DNA of 64,000 nt from Vicinamibacterales bacterium (GTDB taxonomy: Bacteria > Acidobacteriota > Vicinamibacteria > Vicinamibacterales > UBA8438): contig CBDAMZ010000010.1 of NCBI GenBank assembly GCA_965197375.1, positions 384,844 to 448,843 on the forward strand, given 5' to 3'. Shown piece after piece: positions 8,419-15,664 of this stretch (positions are counted from its first letter, which is position 1; each line of letters starts with the position of its first letter). The notes under the pieces are model-generated. The model was not told the DNA's origin and did no database searches. It saw only the letters and a program-made list of their open reading frames with translations. The position numbers and the translations under genes were made by a program.

Positions 8419-10629
8419 ATGAACAGGGGTGCCCAGGAGGGTTTTGCGCGCGCGGCCTTGGTGTTTGGGCTCGGCACGATCGTCGTGACCTCTACCGTCT
8501 GGGCTGATGATTGGCCGAGCTGGCGCGGTCGTGGCCACGATGGGGTTTCGAACGAAACCGGACTTGTTTCGAGCTGGTCACCAGAGGGCGAGAACCTGAT
8601 CTGGTTCCAGCCGTACATCGGGCGGTCGACGCCGGCGGTCTTCGACGGGCGCGTCTGCGCGAACGGCCGGACGGGTGAGGACGTAGATAAACAGGAGATC
8701 GTCACCTGCTGGAACGCTGGAGACGGTGCAAAGCTGTGGGAGCACACGTTCAGCGTTTTCAATACGACGGTCCCATTCAATCGCGTTGGCTGGGGCAACG
8801 TCACGGGTGACCCGGAGACCGGCTACTTGTACGCGGTAAACGTCGATGGTCATCTCAACTGCTTCGACCGTGACGGCAGCATCGTCTGGACCTGGCGGCT
8901 AGCCGAAGACCTCGGTCGGGCGTCGGGGTACGGCGGACGCACATCGACGCCACTTATCGATGAGGGTCGGCTCATCCTCAGTGTCATCGGTTCCATATGG
9001 GGTGACCTCGGCGGTCCACCACGCCATCGGTATGTCGCCATCCACAAGCGGACCGGTAATGTGCTCTGGATCTCAACTCCCGGAGGCCGCCCAGCGGATC
9101 TGAACACGCAGTCGGTGCCGATCCTCACCGTCGTCAACGGACAGCGTCTGATCATCGATGGGAACGCCGACGGTCACGTCTATGCCCTGCAGGCACGCAC
9201 AGGTAGGAAAGTGTGGGATTTTCATTTGAGCAAGCGGGGAATTAATGTGTCCCCCGTTATCGACGGCACAACCGTCTATGTCGCCCACAGCGAAGAGAAC
9301 ATCGACGCGGGTACGATGGGCCGGGTCGTGGCGATCGACGCGACAGGCACCGGTGATATTACGGGGACGGGCGAAAAATGGCGTGTCAACGATCTCGCGG
9401 TCGGCTTTGCGTCGCCGTCGATCAAAGATGGGCGACTCTATGTGATCGATAATTCGGCAAATCTGCACGCCATCGACGCGAGCACCGGCACCATCCTTTG
9501 GGAACACAGCATTGGGACGGTCGGTAAGTCTTCGCCGGTCTGGGCCGATGGAAAATTGTATGTGACCGCGGTCAATGGACACACGCACATCCTCGAGCCT
9601 GGCCCTGACGGCGTGACCGTACTCGATAGCCAGGAACTGAAGGTGGCCAGCGGCCGCTATGCGGAGATCTATGGCTCGTTTGCGGTTGGCTACGGGCGTC
9701 TCTATCTCACTGCGGAGTCTGGTATCTACACCATCGGCAATGCGAACGCTCCGTCCCACACGACTGCCGAGACACCATCGTTACTGGGCGAAGAAACCCT
9801 ACCGTTGGGTACGGTGGCCCAGATCCACGTGGTGCCAGCCGAGATCATTGTTACCGCGGGAGAGCCGGTTAGATTCCAGGTACGCGCTTTTGATGCGGCG
9901 GGCCGCTCGCTCGGCACGCGCGACGCGACCTGGTCGCTGGATGGCTTGGCCGGCGCACGGCTAAGGGTCAACGGTGAGTTCGCTGCCGACCCACAGGCCA
10001 GCAACCAGGCGGGCAAGGTGGTCGCCAAGGTCGGTGACTTGACCGCTGCCGCGCGTGTCCGAGTATTTGCGCCGCTGCCCTGGAATGAAAACTTCGAAAG
10101 TGGCCGCCCGCCACACTGGATCGGTGGCGGTGGCAGCCTGGCCGTGGTCGACCTAGCTGGCAATCAGGTCTTCCGGAAAGGACCGTCTCGCACTGGGATC
10201 CACCGGCACGCGATCTACATGGGTCCGTCGAACATGTCGGGCTACACAGTGCAGGCAGACGTCATGTCGACTCAAAAGGGACGACGGCGACCGGACGTCG
10301 GTCTCATTAATAGCGGCTACACGATGGACCTGCAGGGTAACCACCAACGGCTCCAGCTCCAGTCATGGGCCGCTGAGCTCAGAATCGACGAGCGCGTAGT
10401 GTTCGCGTGGGACCCAGACGTGTGGTACACGATGAAGCTGCGTGTCAATATCGACAATGACCGGGCCTTCATTCGCGGCAAGGTCTGGCAGCGCGACGAA
10501 CCCGAACCCGCAGACTGGATGGTGACCGCTGAGGATCCGGTGCCTATCCGCCAGGGCAGCCCCGGTTTGATCGCTTACTCGCCAATCGACATCTACTACG
10601 ATAACGCCCGGGTGATGGAGAACCAATGA
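8419..10629 (+). CDS. exported PQQ-like (BamB-like) beta-propeller protein with C-terminal Ig-like and lectin/DUF1080-like domains
   Basis: Start moved to the ATG at 8419, which has GAGAGG 8 nt upstream; the upstream 83 codons overlap the HupE-family gene. Signal peptide then DDWPSWRGRGHDGVSNETGL, followed by repeated propeller blades (VYAL.A.TGK.VW, LYVID..LHAIDASTGTILW). The tail has HVVPAEIIVTAGEPVRFQVRAFD and a WNENFE..YTMKLRV..GSPGLIAY module. Confidence 0.75.
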   Translation: MNRGAQEGFARAALVFGLGTIVVTSTVWADDWPSWRGRGHDGVSNETGLVSSWSPEGENLIWFQPYIGRSTPAVFDGRVCANGRTGEDVDKQEIVTCWNAGDGAKLWEHTFSVFNTTVPFNRVGWGNVTGDPETGYLYAVNVDGHLNCFDRDGSIVWTWRLAEDLGRASGYGGRTSTPLIDEGRLILSVIGSIWGDLGGPPRHRYVAIHKRTGNVLWISTPGGRPADLNTQSVPILTVVNGQRLIIDGNADGHVYALQARTGRKVWDFHLSKRGINVSPVIDGTTVYVAHSEENIDAGTMGRVVAIDATGTGDITGTGEKWRVNDLAVGFASPSIKDGRLYVIDNSANLHAIDASTGTILWEHSIGTVGKSSPVWADGKLYVTAVNGHTHILEPGPDGVTVLDSQELKVASGRYAEIYGSFAVGYGRLYLTAESGIYTIGNANAPSHTTAETPSLLGEETLPLGTVAQIHVVPAEIIVTAGEPVRFQVRAFDAAGRSLGTRDATWSLDGLAGARLRVNGEFAADPQASNQAGKVVAKVGDLTAAARVRVFAPLPWNENFESGRPPHWIGGGGSLAVVDLAGNQVFRKGPSRTGIHRHAIYMGPSNMSGYTVQADVMSTQKGRRRPDVGLINSGYTMDLQGNHQRLQLQSWAAELRIDERVVFAWDPDVWYTMKLRVNIDNDRAFIRGKVWQRDEPEPADWMVTAEDPVPIRQGSPGLIAYSPIDIYYDNARVMENQ

Positions 10630-12086
10630 CTCGACAACGGTTCGTGGTGTCCACGTTGACGGTGGGGCTCGTCGTGTTCAGTGCCGTCGCGTTCGCTCAG
10701 GAGATCGCGATGTTCGGCAATACGCCGTCGCGAAACATGGCATCTGACGAGACCGGCGTGGTAGCCAAGTGGGATGCCAGCACCGGGAGTAACGTGCTCT
10801 GGACCCAGCCGGTTGGCTCTCAGGCCTACGGCGGCCCGGTCGTCGCCAACGGCCGGGTTTATGTCGGGACGAACAACGAGGGACGTCGAGATCTAAGCAT
10901 CGAAGGCGACAAAGGAGTCGTGATGGCGTTCGACGCGAAGACCGGTGACTTCCTTTGGCAGATGGTCCACGACAAGCTCTCAGCCGGTCGGGTCAACGAC
11001 TGGCCACTCCAAGGCGTCTGCTCGACGGCGTATGTTGAGGGTGACCGGATCTACTACGTCTCAAACCAGGCTCAAGTCGTCTGCCTGGATGCAGACGGCT
11101 TCAGGGACGGCGAGAACGACGGGCCGTTCACGGACGAAACCGTCGCGTCTGAGGTCGCCGGGGACGTTATCTGGTCGTACGACATGATCGGTGAACTCGA
11201 CGTGTTCCCGCACAACCTGGCGACCGGGTCTCCGCTAATTGTCGGCGATGTGCTCTACACCACCACCAGCAACGGCGTCGATGAAGGACACGTCAATATC
11301 CCATCACCCTTCTCCCCAGACTTCATCGCCCTGAACAAGAACACCGGGGAACTTCTGTGGGAAAGCACCATCGTAGGCGAGAACATTCTCCACGGCAGCT
11401 GGACCAACCCGGCCTATGCGGAGATCAACGGTCGTGCACAGGTCATCATCCCCGGCGGCAACGGCGTCATCTACAGCCTTGACGCTAAGACGGGCAAGGT
11501 TATCTGGGAGTTCGACTGCAACCCAAAGGACTCGGAGTGGATCCTCGGCGGCCGCGGTACTCGAAACAATATCTTGGCGACGCCGGTCGTATACGACAAC
11601 AAGGTCTACATCGGGGTCGGCCAGGACCCTGAGCATGGAGAAGCGCCCGGCCATTTCTGGGCCATCGACGCGGGCGGCACGGGTGATGTCACTGACACTC
11701 ACGCCGTTTGGCACCGTGGCGGCGATGATTTCTACCGCACGATGTCAACCGCCGCAATCCAGGACGGTATCCTGTACATTTCGAGTCTCTCCGGCTTCCT
11801 CCATGCACTCGATCCGCAGACCGGCGAGGAATTCTGGACCTATGACGCATTCGCAGCGGTGTGGGGCTCCCCTTTCGTCGTCGATGGCAAGGTCTTTCTT
11901 GGTGATGAAGACGGCGACGTGGTGATCCTCCGGGCGGCCAAGGAGATGGAGGTGCTTGGCGAGTACAACATGGGCGCCGCGATCTATTGCACGCCGGTCG
12001 TACGCAATGGAGTACTGCATATCCTGACGCGGAACCGGTTGTGGGCGCTCAAGGAAGGGGCGCAGTCGGAACCGTTCGAGGAGTAA
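10626..12086 (+). CDS. exported PQQ-like beta-propeller repeat protein
   Basis: ATGA start/stop overlap with the preceding propeller gene. Signal peptide MTRQRFVVSTLTVGLVVFSAVAFAQ. Blade motifs VYVGTNN, IYSLDAKTGKVIWEF, LHALDPQTGEEFW and VFLGDEDGDVVIL. Confidence 0.75.
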   Translation: MTRQRFVVSTLTVGLVVFSAVAFAQEIAMFGNTPSRNMASDETGVVAKWDASTGSNVLWTQPVGSQAYGGPVVANGRVYVGTNNEGRRDLSIEGDKGVVMAFDAKTGDFLWQMVHDKLSAGRVNDWPLQGVCSTAYVEGDRIYYVSNQAQVVCLDADGFRDGENDGPFTDETVASEVAGDVIWSYDMIGELDVFPHNLATGSPLIVGDVLYTTTSNGVDEGHVNIPSPFSPDFIALNKNTGELLWESTIVGENILHGSWTNPAYAEINGRAQVIIPGGNGVIYSLDAKTGKVIWEFDCNPKDSEWILGGRGTRNNILATPVVYDNKVYIGVGQDPEHGEAPGHFWAIDAGGTGDVTDTHAVWHRGGDDFYRTMSTAAIQDGILYISSLSGFLHALDPQTGEEFWTYDAFAAVWGSPFVVDGKVFLGDEDGDVVILRAAKEMEVLGEYNMGAAIYCTPVVRNGVLHILTRNRLWALKEGAQSEPFEE

Positions 12087-12095
12087 CGCTGTCCC

Positions 12096-12674
12096 ATGGT
12101 CCTCACGCCCTCAACGATGCTTGCGTTAGGCACACAAGCCCCAGGGTTCGCACTACCAGACGCCACGGGGAAATGGATCTCGCTTAGCGACTTCGCCGAT
12201 GCACCAGCTACCGTCGTCGTTTTTATGTGCAACCACTGCCCTTATGTAAAGCACCTCAAAAAGGCGCTCGCGAGCTTCGTACGGGAGTACCAGGCTAGAC
12301 AGGTCGCGGTCATCGGCATCAACTCGAACGACATCGGGGCGTACCCCGACGACCACCCGAAACAGATGATGAAGGATGCAATGGAGTTTGGCTACACCTT
12401 CCCGTACCTCGTCGACGCGATGCAGGAGGTGGCCAAAGCTTACCGTGCCGCGTGCACACCCGATTTCTATGTTTTCGATCGGGACTCGAAGCTAGCCTAC
12501 CGCGGTCAGTTTGATAACAGCCGGCCCGGCAACGACAAACCTAATACTGGATCCGACCTGAGAGCCGCCGTCGACGCCATGCTGGAGGGGAAGACGCCCA
12601 ACAAGAACCAGACGCCCAGTATCGGGTGCAACATTAAGTGGAAGCCGGGCAACGAGCCCGACTATTTCGGGTAG
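12096..12674 (+). CDS. thioredoxin-fold thiol-disulfide oxidoreductase (redoxin/AhpC-TSA-like)
   Basis: APGFALPDATGKWISLSDF..VVVFMCNHCPYVKH is the redoxin substrate-side block and includes a CxxC-type motif (CNHC). Confidence 0.75.
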   Translation: MVLTPSTMLALGTQAPGFALPDATGKWISLSDFADAPATVVVFMCNHCPYVKHLKKALASFVREYQARQVAVIGINSNDIGAYPDDHPKQMMKDAMEFGYTFPYLVDAMQEVAKAYRAACTPDFYVFDRDSKLAYRGQFDNSRPGNDKPNTGSDLRAAVDAMLEGKTPNKNQTPSIGCNIKWKPGNEPDYFG

Positions 12675-12683
12675 TGTCAAGAC

Positions 12684-14501
12684 CTAGCGCCGAGCCTCAG
12701 GCACAATCTCCGTCTCCATCCGTTTGCCACCGCGCAGGAAGACGACGCTAGCAGGTTCACCCACCTTTAGCACATCCAGGGCATAGGTGTAATCGTAGAT
12801 GTTAGTGATCGCTTGGCTGGCCAGTTCGACAATGACGTCGCCTTCTTGCAGCCCAGCCCGCTCCGCTGGGCCGCCGGCGATGGCACCGGCGAGCAGTAAT
12901 CCCTTTGCCTCCTCCGTGTAGTTGGGGATGGTGCCGGTGAAGATACGGAGGCTCGTCTGGCCCACCCGCTGCACCGTCTGTTTGGCCCTGATGAAATCAG
13001 GCGGCTCGTCACGCGTCGCCAGCCGTGCAACGACTGCGGCACCAAGTTCGGCGATCCGATCCAGATCCGGATAGTTAACGGTGTCGGCATCATCCGTCGG
13101 CCGGTGGTAGTCCTCGTGGCTACCGGTGAAAAACGCGAGGCTCGGAACTTCGGCTGCGTTGAGGCTCATAACGTCGGTTCGCAGGTAGGGATCGCTGATG
13201 AACTGGAGCTCGAACTCGAACGTCGCGTTGAGCTCGTCAACGAGGTCAGTCCAGATCGAGCTGGTCCCAACCGCCTGCACGGTCAGCTTGTTCTCTCGCA
13301 ACCGGCCGACCATGTCGAAATTGAGATACGCAGCAATCTGATCCACCGGCACCGGCGCTTGCTCGACGAAGGCAGCCGAGCCGAGTAGGCCGAGCTCTTC
13401 ACCAGACCAAAACGCGAGAATGATGCCGCGCTGTCGATCGATCCGGGCTAACTGTGCCCCGGCCGAAAGGATGGCGGCCACGCCGGACGCGTTATCATCC
13501 GCCCCGTTGTGAATCTCACCTGCCTCGTCTTCTCTAGCGAGGGAATTGCCGCTCCCGCCCAGCCCAAGATGATCGTAGTGCGCACCCAGCATCACGTAAG
13601 GCTTCGCGATGTCGACGATGTCGCGCGGCGGGAGGTAGCCAACAACGTTGTAGCCAGCACGCTCCTCTTGATCGACTGCCGCATCGAGCGTTACTCGGAC
13701 GGGAATCTCGAACCCTGTGGCATGCGGGTTTGCCGTGTCGAGCGAACGCTGAACTTCCGTGAAGGTCCGACCGGCACGCGTGATAAGCGCTTCACCCACT
13801 TCACCCGTCACGGTCGCCGCTACGATGCCGGAACCCCCAATGGTAGTGTCGAACATCATCGGCACGAGCTCGCCGGCGTTCGGCGACCGGGGTCCGGTAA
13901 CCACGATCAGGCCTTTGGCCCCACGCTCGCGCGCCGCAAACGCTTTGTAGCGGAGGCCGGCATAACGGGATAGCGTAGCGCGCACCTCCCCCTCAGAATC
14001 TTCTGGAAAGTACCGAAGCACGAGCACGATTTTATCGGCGACGTCGAGCGTCACGTAGCTGTCGTAGCTGAACCCACCGGTCTCCGGCACCGACAGTCCA
14101 TAACCGGCAAAGACGAGCGGTCCTTCAGCCGAGCCGTTGTCCGAGAACGCAAGCGCGCGAATAGCGTTTCCATTCAACTGCTGCTTGGCTTCGCCGCCGG
14201 CAGGCTCAACAGTCAGCGTCGTCCCGGCATCTCTCACTCCCGCCGTGAACGCGAACGATCGACGAAAGTCCGTCTGGCCGGGAAGCGGCTCGGCGCCAAT
14301 CGCCTCGAGCTGTTCGATGATGTAGTCGGCGGCCCGCTGGATACCCTCCGAACCGGTCAGACGTCCCTCGAACGCGTCCGAGGCGAGGGTCTCGACCAGC
14401 ACCCGCGTGTCAAGCGCCGCTGGTTGGAACCCCCCGCAAGCGACCGACACACCGCCGAGCAGCACAAGGGCCGCTGGGTGCGCGCGACGGGAAGACGTCA
14501 C
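12684..14501 (-). CDS. M28 family metallopeptidase with PA domain and C-terminal PDZ domain
   Basis: HNGADDNASGVAAILSAG, AFWSGEELGLLGS and NFDMVG are M28 zinc blocks. PA insert: GPLVFAGYGLSVPE..DKIVLVL. The C-terminal LQEGDVIVELASQAITNIYDY..VVFLRGGKRMETEI is PDZ-like. An N-terminal signal/lipobox-like sequence is present (ALVLLGGVSVAC). Confidence 0.85.
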   Translation of the reverse strand: MTSSRRAHPAALVLLGGVSVACGGFQPAALDTRVLVETLASDAFEGRLTGSEGIQRAADYIIEQLEAIGAEPLPGQTDFRRSFAFTAGVRDAGTTLTVEPAGGEAKQQLNGNAIRALAFSDNGSAEGPLVFAGYGLSVPETGGFSYDSYVTLDVADKIVLVLRYFPEDSEGEVRATLSRYAGLRYKAFAARERGAKGLIVVTGPRSPNAGELVPMMFDTTIGGSGIVAATVTGEVGEALITRAGRTFTEVQRSLDTANPHATGFEIPVRVTLDAAVDQEERAGYNVVGYLPPRDIVDIAKPYVMLGAHYDHLGLGGSGNSLAREDEAGEIHNGADDNASGVAAILSAGAQLARIDRQRGIILAFWSGEELGLLGSAAFVEQAPVPVDQIAAYLNFDMVGRLRENKLTVQAVGTSSIWTDLVDELNATFEFELQFISDPYLRTDVMSLNAAEVPSLAFFTGSHEDYHRPTDDADTVNYPDLDRIAELGAAVVARLATRDEPPDFIRAKQTVQRVGQTSLRIFTGTIPNYTEEAKGLLLAGAIAGGPAERAGLQEGDVIVELASQAITNIYDYTYALDVLKVGEPASVVFLRGGKRMETEIVPEARR

Positions 14502-14534
14502 CGGCTTATCCTTCTGCCGTATAGCACTCGTGTC

Positions 14535-15248
14535 CTAGGGCAAGCGGGTGACTCGCGAACCGAATCGCAGGGAGCGAGAATCAGCGCCCCAAATAAAATT
14601 GTAAGTTTCTGGCCCCGACGTGTAAAGCACTTCGCCGGTTTTGACGTTGACGACTTCGACCCACGACGTCTCGCCGTTCGACACCAGAAACGCGAGTCGC
14701 GAGGCATCGGGCGCCCACTTCGGCCCCGACAACGTGCGGTGATTAAACTCGTTAGCCGGCGCTTCCGTTGGCCGCGTATCCACAAGGTGCATAGTCACGT
14801 GCAGATCGCTGGACAGCACCCAGAGACCGTCCGGCGCGACGACCACGACGCGCGAGCCATCCGGTGACCACGTGGCCTCACAGGTGCCAGGTGCCGTGGC
14901 GACCTGTCGCGTCGTGGTACCGTCGTGCACCCAAACGTGCGTTCGTGGGATGAAGCGCGCGCCACGCTCGATCGCCGGTCCGGGTCCCTCGGCGCAAATG
15001 GCGACGCGGTCCTCGTGCCAGACGAAGCTGACCAGGCGGAGAGCGCCAGGCGGCAGCGGCGGCACGCCGGGAGCCTCCGCAGGCAGTTGCTCTCCGTCGG
15101 GAGGCTGCTGCACGGCCGATGGCTTGCCGCCGGCAACAACTGCGACAACGAGTACCACGACACAGAAGATGCGCGCTTCTAACCCGGTGCCCAACACAGA
15201 GCCCACTCTACCTAATACACGTCGCCCGGCAAAGATCGTGACTCGCAT
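14535..15248 (-). CDS. membrane-anchored PD40/TolB-like beta-propeller repeat protein
   Basis: WSPDGSRVVVVAPDGLWVL and WAPDASRLAFLVSNGETSWVEVVNVKTGE are PD40-type repeats. There is an N-terminal TM segment (IFCVVVLVVAVVAGG). The start at the ATG 15248 is preferred over the longest-ORF start at 15371. Confidence 0.55.
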   Translation of the reverse strand: MRVTIFAGRRVLGRVGSVLGTGLEARIFCVVVLVVAVVAGGKPSAVQQPPDGEQLPAEAPGVPPLPPGALRLVSFVWHEDRVAICAEGPGPAIERGARFIPRTHVWVHDGTTTRQVATAPGTCEATWSPDGSRVVVVAPDGLWVLSSDLHVTMHLVDTRPTEAPANEFNHRTLSGPKWAPDASRLAFLVSNGETSWVEVVNVKTGEVLYTSGPETYNFIWGADSRSLRFGSRVTRLP

Positions 15249-15664
15249 CAGACGGTCGGCCCCGTGACACCAAACGAACCGTGGCGCAAGTCGGCTGTCG
15301 CACCGGGGGGCTGACACGCCCGCACTGATCCGATCGTCATGGAACAGGGACCCTGTACACCCGCCAACCAATTAAGCAAGAAACCGTCGCTCACGCGGAC
15401 AGAGTTGATAGATAGCCGGCGGTGGCCAGACTCGCGAACCGTTACGGAAAGTGGACAACACAACGGCGGCCAACCTGTAGCTGCAAGCGGGATACGTGCG
15501 TGGCGTTCTCCGAGGCGGCCTAGCCGAGACCGTGGGTTCGGCAGCGTCTAAAAGCGGCTCTCGTCCCCCAACCACGGCAGCCCCAAAGGGCCACTGACGC
15601 GCCGGGCATCGGTGTCATGGAACAAACCGTCGGAGGCGCCGCAACCTTGCAACTAAGTGCCCAT

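Noticed and set aside
15249-15664. Possible RNase P RNA, tmRNA or SRP RNA in the long gap (ggaaagtgg and gcaagcgggat resemble RNase P fragments; ggggctgccgtgg resembles a tmRNA 5' end).
   Set aside because: The resemblances are short and in the wrong order or orientation. No P4 partner (ACAGAAxCCGGCUUA), no tmRNA 3' T-arm/CCA-proximal block and no SRP GGAA tetraloop helix could be found on either strand.
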